A stretch of 64,000 nt of DNA, from assembly GCA_035273665.1 (NCBI GenBank), contig DATEOW010000128.1, forward strand, positions 4,609-68,608, in the 5' to 3' direction. Of this stretch, positions 55,189-63,223 are shown in pieces (position 1 is the stretch's first letter; each line of letters opens with the position of its first letter). Below the pieces are notes generated by a model. It ran no database searches. It was not told the DNA's origin and worked only from the letters and a program-made list of their open reading frames with translations. The stretch is from Burkholderiales bacterium. GTDB taxonomy: Bacteria; Pseudomonadota; Gammaproteobacteria; Burkholderiales; SG8-39. Both the position numbers and the translations under genes were made by a program.

Positions 55189-55259
55189 AAGATGTCTAGC
55201 GGCAAGATGTGTAGCGGCAAGATGTCTAGCGGCGCGGTGTCTAGCGGCGCGGTGTCTAG
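55185..55259. repeat. Five contiguous 15-bp direct repeats
   Basis: CGGCAAGATGTCTAG / CGGCAAGATGTGTAG / CGGCAAGATGTCTAG / CGGCGCGGTGTCTAG / CGGCGCGGTGTCTAG. The array abuts the palindrome on the left and the -24 GG of the SDR promoter on the right. Confidence 0.9.
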
Positions 55260-55273
55260 GTATGCGCCTTGCG
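55258..55273 (+). promoter_or_regulatory. sigma54 -24/-12 promoter (SDR gene)
   Basis: aGGTATgcgccTTGCG. -12 is about 33 nt upstream of the ATG at 55305 (GGAG RBS). Confidence 0.55.
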
Positions 55274-55304
55274 GCGCGAGGGGCAAACTTTTGGAGCGCA
55301 CCTC

Positions 55305-56153
55305 ATGACACAACGCCCCCCGCAGGAACAAGATCAACAACCCGGCCGAGAAACGGAAATGCGTCCCGCGCCGCGTTCGTTTGCCGAAGGCTACATCGGG
55401 ACAGCCCGGTTGAAAGGGCAAGTAGCATTCATCACCGGCGCGGATAGCGGTATCGGTCGGGCCGCAGCGGTAATGTTGTCGAAAGAGGGTGCGGACATTT
55501 CGATTGTTTATCTGGAGGAACATGAGGACGCACAGTTGACCAAGCGCGCAATCGAAGCCGCCGGCCAACGTTGCTTGCTCATCGCGGGTGACGTCGGTGA
55601 CGAGCGCTTTTGCCGCGAAGCAATCGGTCGAACGATTGCGGAGTTTGGCCGCATCGATGTACTCATCAATAATGCCGCGGAGCAACATGAACAAGAAGAT
55701 CCCGCGAATATCACCGGCGAGCAACTGCGCCGGACTTTTGCGACCAACATCTTCTCGATGTTCTATTGCATCACCGCCGCACTGCCGCATCTTAAAAGCG
55801 GCGCGCGCATCATCAATACGACTTCGGTGACCGCTTACAAAGGAAATCCCGTTCTTATCGATTACGCATCTACGAAGGGTGCGATCGTTGCGCTCACCCG
55901 CTCACTAGCGCTAGCCCTCGTGAAACGCGGCATCAGGGTCAACGCTGTTGCGCCCGGTCCGATTTGGACCCCGCTCATTCCCGCCAGCTTCGACGCCGAG
56001 AAGGTGGCGAAGTTTGGCGAACAAACGCCGATGGGGCGCGCCGGGGAGCCGGACGAGGTGGCGCATTGTTTTGTCTTTCTCGCGACAGAGGCCTCTAGTT
56101 ATATGAGTGGCCAAGTTCTGCACCCGAACGGAGGGGAGGTTGTAAACGGCTAG
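55305..56153 (+). CDS. SDR-family oxidoreductase (YghA / general-stress-protein-39 YdaD-like)
   Basis: FITGADSGIGRA, NNAA, YxxxK (YASTKGA), with the N-terminal hydrophilic extension typical of the YghA/YdaD group. Confidence 0.85.
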   Translation: MTQRPPQEQDQQPGRETEMRPAPRSFAEGYIGTARLKGQVAFITGADSGIGRAAAVMLSKEGADISIVYLEEHEDAQLTKRAIEAAGQRCLLIAGDVGDERFCREAIGRTIAEFGRIDVLINNAAEQHEQEDPANITGEQLRRTFATNIFSMFYCITAALPHLKSGARIINTTSVTAYKGNPVLIDYASTKGAIVALTRSLALALVKRGIRVNAVAPGPIWTPLIPASFDAEKVAKFGEQTPMGRAGEPDEVAHCFVFLATEASSYMSGQVLHPNGGEVVNG

Positions 56154-56161
56154 CGCAAAGC

Positions 56162-56177
56162 TGGCCCGATTGCTGCG
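56162..56177 (+). promoter_or_regulatory. Possible sigma54 -24/-12 promoter upstream of the activator gene
   Basis: TGGCCCgattgCTGCG, 8 nt after the SDR stop and about 119 nt upstream of the ATG at 56295. Confidence 0.4.
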
Positions 56178-56294
56178 TTAGAACGCCCGGATAGCACTTT
56201 TGGCCCCTCAAGGGGTCTAAAATGAGTAAAAATTACTTAGTTCGGCAAAGCTTGCCGGTCGAACCGGGTTTAAATTGTTCTTGCGGAGGAATGT

Positions 56295-57695
56295 ATGCCC
56301 CACGTTTTGCTCGTCGATGACGATCCAGAAACCCTGGAATGGATGTCCGAATTTGCGAAGGCTGAAGGTTTTACCGTGGCCAAAGCGGGTTCTTTGCGCG
56401 CTGCGCGTATACAGCTTGCGCAAAAGAAACCCGATGTGTTGATCGCCGACTTGCAACTGCCCGACGGAGAAGGGGTGGAACTGGCCACGGATTTGGAGGA
56501 ACTCGAAGGTGTCGAGTTCGTCATGGCCACCGGCCACGCGACGGTAGAAAGCGCGGTGAACGCCTTGCGGCTGGGCGCAACCGATTATCTGACCAAACCG
56601 GTCGACCTAGATCGTTTGCGCGCCATTCTTCAGCGTGTTCCGGGCACCACAGAATTGCGCGAAGAGATCGGCGAGTTGCGTCAAGAACTGCGCGGACTCG
56701 GCCGCTTCGGCCACATCCTCGGCAATTCGCCGGTGATGCACAAACTTTATGATCAACTCGGTCGCGTGGCGCCTACTTCCGCAACGGTGCTGCTAATCGG
56801 CGATAGCGGTACAGGTAAAGAACTTGCGGCACAGACCATCCATGACTTGAGCCGTCGCAAAAAACATCCCTTCCTGCCGCTTAACTGCGGCGCAATGTCC
56901 CCCAATCTGATCGAAAGCGAACTTTTCGGCCATGAAAAGGGCAGTTTCACGGGTGCAGACCGGCAGCATGTCGGCTTTTTTGAACGCGCGAACGGTGGAA
57001 CTTTATTTCTCGACGAAATCACCGAAATGCCCATCGAGCTGCAAGTCAAATTGCTCCGCGTCCTCGAAACGGGTGCCTTCATGCGAGTCGGGACCAACAC
57101 ACCGATCGCGACGGATGTCCGTGTGATTGCAGCAACGAACCGCAGTCCGATGAAAGCGGTGGCTGACGGGAAATTGCGTGAAGACCTTTATCACCGCTTA
57201 AACGTATTCCCGATCAATATGCCGCCACTGCGCGAACGCGGGACGGATATCGAATTTCTGGCGCAGCATTTCTTGGATAAGCTCAATCGTGACGAGGGTT
57301 CACAAAAAGCTTTTTCGCCCGCTGCGCTCGCCGCTCTTTACGCGCATAGCTGGCCGGGCAATGTGCGCGAATTGAAAAACTATGTACAGCGCGTCTACAT
57401 TCTGGCCGATCGTCTAATCGATGTTGAATTCGCACCGCGCATTTTTGCCGATCCTGACCCGAAACCGATTTTGACCGTGCGAGTCGGCAGTACGCTGGAA
57501 GAGGTTAATCGCCGACTGGTCGAAGCGACCATGGCCGAATGCGGCAACGTCCGACGCAAAGCTGCCGAAATGCTCGGCATCAGTCTTAAGACGCTGTATA
57601 ACCGCCTCGCTCAATACAACGCAGAAAAAAATGGCGGGGCAATCGAACCGCTTGAAGACGAGGACATGTACGAGCCGAGCGAAGCACGCTCTTAA
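56295..57695 (+). CDS. sigma54-dependent response regulator (NtrC family: REC-AAA+-Fis HTH), no adjacent kinase
   Basis: REC (LLVDDD...LIADLQLPDG...KP). AAA+ with Walker A GDSGTGKE, sigma54-contact loop GSFTGA (variant of GAFTGA), Walker B LFLDEI. C-terminal HTH AAEMLGISLKTLYNRL. Confidence 0.92.
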   Translation: MPHVLLVDDDPETLEWMSEFAKAEGFTVAKAGSLRAARIQLAQKKPDVLIADLQLPDGEGVELATDLEELEGVEFVMATGHATVESAVNALRLGATDYLTKPVDLDRLRAILQRVPGTTELREEIGELRQELRGLGRFGHILGNSPVMHKLYDQLGRVAPTSATVLLIGDSGTGKELAAQTIHDLSRRKKHPFLPLNCGAMSPNLIESELFGHEKGSFTGADRQHVGFFERANGGTLFLDEITEMPIELQVKLLRVLETGAFMRVGTNTPIATDVRVIAATNRSPMKAVADGKLREDLYHRLNVFPINMPPLRERGTDIEFLAQHFLDKLNRDEGSQKAFSPAALAALYAHSWPGNVRELKNYVQRVYILADRLIDVEFAPRIFADPDPKPILTVRVGSTLEEVNRRLVEATMAECGNVRRKAAEMLGISLKTLYNRLAQYNAEKNGGAIEPLEDEDMYEPSEARS

Positions 57696-57704
57696 GGAGG
57701 TCTC

Positions 57705-57720
57705 CGGTACACGGCTTGCA
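57705..57720 (+). promoter_or_regulatory. sigma54 -24/-12 promoter (GlsB/YeaQ-like gene)
   Basis: cGGTACacggcTTGCA, 10 nt after the activator stop. -12 is about 34 nt upstream of the ATG at 57753. Confidence 0.6.
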
Positions 57721-57752
57721 ACTTGGTTGCGGCTTGTACAGGGAGAATAAAA

Positions 57753-58025
57753 ATGAGCCTTGAACTGGTTTTGAGTTGGGTTGCTCTGGGCATGGCTGCC
57801 GGGTTATTCGGCAACTTGTTGCGGAGCAAGCGGCTTCCCCTCTGGGATGTGATCAGCTTTGCCGTGCTTGGCGCGATTTTGTGCGGATTGATCGCTTGGG
57901 CGCTTCACCTGTCCGGTTGGGCAACTTTCCTTGCGCTGCTCGGCGCGATTGCAGGCAGTTATATGACGCCGCAGTACATCGCCCCAAGCGCAAAGCGCAA
58001 ACGCCACTCCTGGTTCACCGCGTAA
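57753..58025 (+). CDS. GlsB/YeaQ/YmgE-family stress membrane protein
   Basis: 90 aa from MSLELVLSWVALGMAAGLFG (GGGAGA RBS), with three Gly-rich TM helices. Confidence 0.7.
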   Translation: MSLELVLSWVALGMAAGLFGNLLRSKRLPLWDVISFAVLGAILCGLIAWALHLSGWATFLALLGAIAGSYMTPQYIAPSAKRKRHSWFTA

Positions 58026-58036
58026 AATGAATGAGC

Positions 58037-58069
58037 AAAAAAAAGGGCGCCTCGGCGCCCTTTTTTTTG
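58037..58069. terminator. Bidirectional intrinsic terminator
   Basis: AAAAAAAAGGGCGC-ctcg-GCGCCCTTTTTTTT between convergent genes. Confidence 0.85.
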
Positions 58070-58076
58070 TTGCCTT

Positions 58077-58637
58077 TTAGTTGGTCGTGCGTGAGCGCCG
58101 GTGTTCGGACGCGGAACCGTTGCGCGCGTAGGCCGCATCGTCCTCTTCGAACTCTTCGTCGATCTCTCCGAGTTCATCGAGTAGATCTTCCTTGCGCGCC
58201 TGCATTTCGTCGCCCAGTTCGCCGAGATCGAGATCCTTGAGCTTCCGCACAAGCGGAAACATCTGTTTTTCTTCTTCCTTGACGTGGTGTTCGACATATT
58301 CGGCCAACACCGAGAAGTGCGCCTTGTACATTGGATCTTCCGGTTCGAGCGCCGTGATTTTGTCGATGAGGCCTTCGACGGTGTCATGTTCCACGTCAGC
58401 TTCTTGCAGCTGTTCGAGCAAAGCTCCGTCGGCGCGGGAGCGGACCGCCGGATAGAAAATTTCAAGTTCCAAGAGGCTGTGCAGCTTGAGTTCCGCGCAG
58501 GCACTTTCAACCACGAGTGCAAGTTCTTCCTCAGCGCCGCCGTTTTTCAGCTTATCGAACTCCTTGAACAGCTTGGCGACGCGTTGGTGATCGGCGATCA
58601 ACAAGTCAATCGCGTCCTGGTTCTGGCTTAAAGACAT
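58077..58637 (-). CDS. Hemerythrin-domain protein
   Basis: Start MSLSQNQDAIDLLIADHQRVAKLF (GGAGAG RBS). His/Glu ligand pattern (DH..., HSLLELE, EHD, H..EEE). Confidence 0.75.
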   Translation of the reverse strand: MSLSQNQDAIDLLIADHQRVAKLFKEFDKLKNGGAEEELALVVESACAELKLHSLLELEIFYPAVRSRADGALLEQLQEADVEHDTVEGLIDKITALEPEDPMYKAHFSVLAEYVEHHVKEEEKQMFPLVRKLKDLDLGELGDEMQARKEDLLDELGEIDEEFEEDDAAYARNGSASEHRRSRTTN

Positions 58638-58687
58638 GCAAACTCTCCTCGAATGCGGGTGCGGAATACAGCCGCGTCCATCGGCTC

Positions 58688-58703
58688 TGCAATGCCTATA
58701 CCC
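58688..58703 (-). promoter_or_regulatory. sigma54 -24/-12 promoter (hemerythrin gene)
   Basis: Minus strand gGGTATaggcaTTGCA. -12 is about 52 nt upstream of the ATG at 58637. Confidence 0.55.
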
Positions 58704-58716
58704 GGGGGCGATGCGC

Positions 58717-58732
58717 TGGTATGCCTTATGCA
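58717..58732 (+). promoter_or_regulatory. sigma54 -24/-12 promoter (58761 hydrophilic protein gene)
   Basis: TGGTATgccttATGCA. -12 is about 30 nt upstream of the ATG at 58761. Back-to-back with 58688-703. Confidence 0.5.
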
Positions 58733-58760
58733 TCTAAGCAGCAAGACAAAGGAGAGCGAT

Positions 58761-59042
58761 ATGGCCGAGCCGCGCACGCAAGCGAAGCATCAAGTTCCTG
58801 TGCAAGGAAGCACCGGAATCGAAGACGAAATTCACGAAGAAACCCGGAATACGAAATTCCGGCAGCCGAACGACCGCGATGAAGCGCCGGATGGCGGTCA
58901 AACCGGCACAGACCGCGATACCGATCAGTTACAGCGCGAAATCCCACAGGCACACGCTGACATCGAACGAGGATTGGTGGACACCGATCGACGCGGCGTA
59001 CCTTCGGATGTGCCTTCTCGTAAAGGTAATGAGGCGCCATGA
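58761..59042 (+). CDS. Acidic hydrophilic disordered protein (hypothetical)
   Basis: 93 aa from MAEPRTQAKH (AAAGGAGAG RBS). D/E/T/R-rich with no hydrophobic segment. Confidence 0.5.
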   Translation: MAEPRTQAKHQVPVQGSTGIEDEIHEETRNTKFRQPNDRDEAPDGGQTGTDRDTDQLQREIPQAHADIERGLVDTDRRGVPSDVPSRKGNEAP

Positions 59043-59043
59043 C

Positions 59044-59059
59044 GGGCACGTGCCTTGCG
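59044..59059 (+). promoter_or_regulatory. sigma54 -24/-12 promoter (elaB/yqjD-yqjE-yqjK-like operon)
   Basis: gGGCACgtgccTTGCG, starting 2 nt after the upstream stop. -12 is about 63 nt upstream of the ATG at 59121. Confidence 0.7.
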
Positions 59060-59120
59060 TAACCAAGCGGAGCGGCAGTTGCCGTTCCATCTGTTTCAAT
59101 CATCATAAGGAGTCCTCACT

Positions 59121-59426
59121 ATGCAAAATCCCGGCATGCAATCTACCGGTACTGGTTCTGCCGCCGATATCGAGGCCGCGCGAGACCGTACTCAGCAAGG
59201 CATCGACCGCGCAGCGGCGTCGGCTCATCAGACCGTCGACAAGCTCGCTTCCGCAGCGCTATCGACCAAGGACCGTCTGCTCTCTACCGGTGAGCAGTGG
59301 TATTCGCAATCGCAACGCGGCGTGGAATACACGCGCGAATGCGTCCGCACTCATCCGCTGGCATCCATCGGGATCGCTTTGGCCGCTGGGATGCTGATCA
59401 GCCGTCTTACTTCGTCCCGTCACTAA
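59121..59426 (+). CDS. ElaB/YqjD/DUF883 membrane-anchored ribosome-associated stress protein
   Basis: 101 aa. Helical N-terminus plus C-terminal HPLASIGIALAAGMLISRL. Confidence 0.75.
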   Translation: MQNPGMQSTGTGSAADIEAARDRTQQGIDRAAASAHQTVDKLASAALSTKDRLLSTGEQWYSQSQRGVEYTRECVRTHPLASIGIALAAGMLISRLTSSRH

Positions 59427-59435
59427 GAGATTCTT

Positions 59436-59849
59436 ATGGCCGTTACGGCGGAAGACCTGCGTGCACAGCAAGAAGCTGTGCACGCGGACTCGGGATCGTT
59501 CCGAGGCCTCCTGCGCAGTGGACAGCAGCTTGTCCACAGCTATGCGCTGCTCGCAGTGCTGGATATGCGCCGTGCCACCGTTCAACTCGCGTGGCTCATT
59601 GCCTCCGGCGTGCTCATCGCAGTCCTCGTGGTGACCGCCTGGCTCGGGCTGATCACTGCTTTAGTCACGTGGCTTGCCGGTCAAGAGTTTTCCTGGCCCG
59701 TCATTTTGCTGATTGCTGCCGGCTTGAATCTGGTATTCGCCGGTTTGCTTGGTTGGCGCATGAAGGACTTGATTACTGAAATGCCTTTTGCGGCGACGCT
59801 CCGCCAACTCAAAGGCGATTCGCCGCAACCGCCGGATGCTTCATCATGA
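59436..59849 (+). CDS. YqjE-like (phage-holin-family/DUF1469) membrane protein
   Basis: 137 aa with two central TM helices. Position is immediately after the DUF883 gene, as in E. coli yqjD-yqjE-yqjK. Confidence 0.5.
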   Translation: MAVTAEDLRAQQEAVHADSGSFRGLLRSGQQLVHSYALLAVLDMRRATVQLAWLIASGVLIAVLVVTAWLGLITALVTWLAGQEFSWPVILLIAAGLNLVFAGLLGWRMKDLITEMPFAATLRQLKGDSPQPPDASS

Positions 59850-60265
59850 ATTTACGCTTGAGCGCTCTCGACGAAGAAATCTACTTGGCCGAACAACTTA
59901 TCGGTTTGCGTCGTCAGGCTTTTGAAGAATCGGTGGTGGCATCGGCACATCGTGCACGAGAGAAGGCTCGCGACACGATCAGCTCGCCGATGTTTTTGAT
60001 CGGTATGGTGGGTGTGGGAACCGTGATCGGGTATTTGGTGTCTGGAAAACCGCGCCGCGCTGTTTCGGAAACGACGGCAGAGGTGAAGAAGAAAAGTATC
60101 TTAGGCATGTTAGGCGCAGCGGCCTTTTCTATTGCGCAAGCCCGCTTTGGCGGTCCCGTAGGTCTTGCCCAGTGGGTGGCGAGCAAGATCGCAACGCGGC
60201 AAAAAAAACAGGTCGACGCTGTTGTGGAAGGCATGCAGTATCAAGGCGCCCCCGTCGAGTTCTAA
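59846..60265 (+). CDS. YqjK-like membrane protein
   Basis: 139 aa. ATGA overlap with the previous gene, a coiled N-terminus and one TM segment. Confidence 0.4.
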   Translation: MNLRLSALDEEIYLAEQLIGLRRQAFEESVVASAHRAREKARDTISSPMFLIGMVGVGTVIGYLVSGKPRRAVSETTAEVKKKSILGMLGAAAFSIAQARFGGPVGLAQWVASKIATRQKKQVDAVVEGMQYQGAPVEF

Positions 60266-60273
60266 TTCACCAT

Positions 60274-62202
60274 CTACTGTTTCGTTCCCTTGACACCTTC
60301 GCCCCGTGCGATTTTTGCGAAGGCGGCGCAATCGCTATTTTCACCAGGTCCCGTTTCGATCAAGGGTATGAGCGCCAATAACGGGTTCACCAATCCGAGC
60401 GCCACGGCGGCCCCGCCGCGCGCCACGAGCGGCCCCGCCTGCGGTCTTACTTTCGGGTCATTGAAGTGGCCTGTCACCATCAGTGGTGTACGGGCGACGA
60501 GAACGCTGCGGTCTTTGGGCTGCGGCACGACCCGCAGATCGAGCGCTTCCTGATCCAGATCAACTTTTCCTTCGAGAATAAACACAGTGTCGACGGTATC
60601 GATCACCGCAATTTCAGGAACGGCTTGCCCGCTCTTGAGGTTGAAGTCGGCGATGGCGCACCGAAGCGGTACGGGTTTATCTCCGCGAGAAAAGAGAATG
60701 GCGAGCGCCTCGCCGGCGTCCAATCCCGCGAGCTCGAGTAGCAGCGCGCTCATATGACCGCCGTTAACCATTAACGTCACTTCACCGTTTGACGTTGCGG
60801 CCATTCTTGCGATGGATGCGCCTCGCGCATCAAGCTTGACGCGGCCAAACAGTTTCCCCGCCGCTGCGCGCTGTTGATCGAGCTTGGGAAACATTTGGGC
60901 GAGCTCGAGTTTGTCGATGGTGAAGGAAGCAAGCGCCCGCGGTGGGGATTCCTTGCCTTCAATGGAGATATCCGAGCGGATGGTTCCGCTCGCCATCTCG
61001 AAATTGAGCGGTTGCAAACTCAGTTTGGAGTCGTCGATTTTCAAGTGCGCGCTCAACGCATTAATAGGCACCGCATTCGAACGCTTCACACGGTCCGCAC
61101 GAAAGCGGACGTCCGCATCCATTCTTGGCCATTTATCGATTCCGAGTGGTTTGCTCGGTAACACACGGTCGGTGGCGGCCACTTGTCGCGCTTGTGCTTT
61201 TTGCTCCGGAGATGCGGTTTCCCCCGCTTTGGTTTTTGGCGGGGCGCCGACGAGCGGGCCCAAATCGTCGAAGTCGAGTAAATGCGAATAGAGATCCGCA
61301 CGTAGAAGCGGTCGCGGGTCTCGCTTTACATAGGCCAATTGCCCATTGATGTCGCTATCTCCGATGCGTCCCTCAAACGGTGAGAAGTCCCAAGTGTTAT
61401 TGGCAAAAGCCAAGCGGCCACGTAATTTATAGGGCGGCGTACCCGGTAGATTGATGCCCAGTTGATTGAGCTCGGCAAGATCGTCACCGGCCAAACCCAA
61501 TTGCACGTCCATACCCTCGAAACCGAGCTCGCGCAGATACCCAACCGCTACGGCCGTGGTATGACCGAGCGTCGCGGCCGCGGAAACACGGGTAGGCGAA
61601 GCAGGGCTCGGCAGTTGCGCCGGCGTGCTTAAAACAACCCGCATCGGCGCATCGCGGAACTTGCCCTCGGCTTGCACATGCACCTCGTCGCCGCCGCCCA
61701 CACCGCCGAAGACATCCACGTCCATCTCGGTTTTTTCGTCACGGTCGCGGTAATACACGCTGGTGTCGACGATACTGATATGACGCGCGCGAACGCGGCT
61801 TGGGCCGTCGTCCTCTTCTTTTTCATCCATTTCCCAGGTGACGCGATCGCCCTCGCGCTCCAGACCAAGTCGCGTCGCTTCCACGCGTGCCTCTTTGAAA
61901 TCCAGACGTCCGATGAAAAGCGGAAGCCAGGCGGCGCAACCGCTCAAACTACGACTATCGACAAGTGCCGGAGTTTTGGCCCAACCAGGGTTTGTGATGC
62001 GCACATCTTCGGCACCCAGATACAGGCAACTACCCACGCGTATTTCGATGTTTCCGATGTGCGCCTCGCGACCGGTATCGGCGGCAATTCGCCGTTCCAC
62101 AAAGCGCTCAAGCCAATTCGCATCGGCGAGGAGGGCGACACACGCGACGATAGCGGCGAGGACAAGGATGCTGCCGAGCAAGAGCTTATGCGCGCGCTTC
62201 AT
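60274..62202 (-). CDS. AsmA-family envelope protein
   Basis: Start MKRAHKLLLGSILVLAAIVACVALL (N-terminal anchor). AsmA-like beta-rich body and C-terminal AsmA_2-like region. Overlaps the yihY-like stop, so it is in the same operon. Confidence 0.7.
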   Translation of the reverse strand: MKRAHKLLLGSILVLAAIVACVALLADANWLERFVERRIAADTGREAHIGNIEIRVGSCLYLGAEDVRITNPGWAKTPALVDSRSLSGCAAWLPLFIGRLDFKEARVEATRLGLEREGDRVTWEMDEKEEDDGPSRVRARHISIVDTSVYYRDRDEKTEMDVDVFGGVGGGDEVHVQAEGKFRDAPMRVVLSTPAQLPSPASPTRVSAAATLGHTTAVAVGYLRELGFEGMDVQLGLAGDDLAELNQLGINLPGTPPYKLRGRLAFANNTWDFSPFEGRIGDSDINGQLAYVKRDPRPLLRADLYSHLLDFDDLGPLVGAPPKTKAGETASPEQKAQARQVAATDRVLPSKPLGIDKWPRMDADVRFRADRVKRSNAVPINALSAHLKIDDSKLSLQPLNFEMASGTIRSDISIEGKESPPRALASFTIDKLELAQMFPKLDQQRAAAGKLFGRVKLDARGASIARMAATSNGEVTLMVNGGHMSALLLELAGLDAGEALAILFSRGDKPVPLRCAIADFNLKSGQAVPEIAVIDTVDTVFILEGKVDLDQEALDLRVVPQPKDRSVLVARTPLMVTGHFNDPKVRPQAGPLVARGGAAVALGLVNPLLALIPLIETGPGENSDCAAFAKIARGEGVKGTKQ

Positions 62203-63154
62203 TGCCGTCTCTTTCATTGATGTGCTGTTGTCGTTCGGCAGTATTGCCGGCGTTTTCCGCGATTCGGTCTGCACGTACCTTGTTGTATTCGGCGCCAATC
62301 AACAATGCTTGGCTGCAGTAGTAGACCCACATCAGAACGATGACGAGCGATCCCGCCGCACCGTAGGCGTCGGTGAAGCCTTCGCGGCCCAGGTAAAGCC
62401 CGACGAGGTGTTTGCCCACGACGAAAAGTATCGCGCTGAGCAAAGCGCCCGGCCAAAGTGAGACGCGGCGCGGCTGAATACTAGGCAACCACCGCAGTAG
62501 CATCATGAAGAGACCGGAGATAATGGCGAGGGAAACCAGGGTGTCTAGCACGAGCACGACGGTTGCGAGCACCGGCATCGTGTCGCCCAACCAGGCCGCG
62601 AAAGCCGATAAGGCCGCGCTCAGCGCGAGCGATACAAGCGCCACAAAACCCACTGCGAGGACCAATGCAAAGGAAATCAGTCTTGCCTTGACCATCCAAG
62701 AAAGGCCATGTTTGATTTCCGTCGATTCCTTGTTGATGGTGTCGAGCGCATTGCGCAACTCTAGGAACACGCCGGTTGCGCCGACGAAAAGCGTCACAAA
62801 ACCCACGATGGCGCCCGTCCACTGACGTGTTTCGCTGACCATCGCTGTATCCAGCATGTTCTCGATGGTGTCGGCGCTACCGGACCCAATCAGTCCGCCA
62901 ACTTGTGAAACGATTTGGGAGCGTGCCGCATCGACGCCGAAAGCAATCCCCGCGACCATGACAGCCATGGCCAATAGGGGCGCCAAGGAGAAAATCGAGT
63001 AGAACGCGATGGACGCGCCTAAGCGTAGGCATTGATCGTTGCTCCATGCAGACAGTACCGCTAAAGGCGTTCGCGCCTTATGCTTCAGCCTTCCCAAAAG
63101 GGAACGTGGAGGGGAAGTCTGCGCTGGTAGGGCTGATGCCATAGGATGGGGCAT
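62186..63154 (-). CDS. YihY/BrkB-family membrane protein
   Basis: Start MPHPMASAL. LGASIAFYSIFSLAPLL and six TM helices characteristic of YihY. Confidence 0.75.
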   Translation of the reverse strand: MPHPMASALPAQTSPPRSLLGRLKHKARTPLAVLSAWSNDQCLRLGASIAFYSIFSLAPLLAMAVMVAGIAFGVDAARSQIVSQVGGLIGSGSADTIENMLDTAMVSETRQWTGAIVGFVTLFVGATGVFLELRNALDTINKESTEIKHGLSWMVKARLISFALVLAVGFVALVSLALSAALSAFAAWLGDTMPVLATVVLVLDTLVSLAIISGLFMMLLRWLPSIQPRRVSLWPGALLSAILFVVGKHLVGLYLGREGFTDAYGAAGSLVIVLMWVYYCSQALLIGAEYNKVRADRIAENAGNTAERQQHINERDGNEARA

Positions 63155-63207
63155 GACGCGCCGGGCGCGCACACTCTGGGGTTCTTGTTCTAGACAGAGC
63201 AGGTTTT

Positions 63208-63223
63208 TGCAAGGCACATGCCT
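63208..63223 (-). promoter_or_regulatory. sigma54 -24/-12 promoter (yihY-asmA operon), overlapping its partner on the opposite strand
   Basis: Minus strand aGGCATgtgccTTGCA. -12 is about 55 nt upstream of the ATG at 63154. Confidence 0.65.

Noticed and set aside
55185-55259. Possible CRISPR-like array
   Set aside because: The repeats are contiguous 15-mers with no spacers, and no cas genes are present. This is a tandem repeat, not a CRISPR array.
55124-55447. 107-aa ORF with the repetitive peptide ARCLAARCVAARCLAARCLAARCL
   Set aside because: It is simply the translation of the 15-bp tandem DNA repeats and the promoter region. It has no RBS, and it overlaps the SDR promoter and the SDR start.
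56201-56216. Hairpin GGCCCCTCAAGGGGTC after the SDR gene as a terminator
   Set aside because: It has a short 4-5 bp stem and no U-tract, so it is not convincing as an intrinsic terminator.
58715-58735. Minus-strand GGCATaccagCGCAT as the hemerythrin promoter
   Set aside because: Its GG-to-GC spacing is 11 rather than 12. The correctly spaced GGTATaggcaTTGCA at 58688-703 was preferred.
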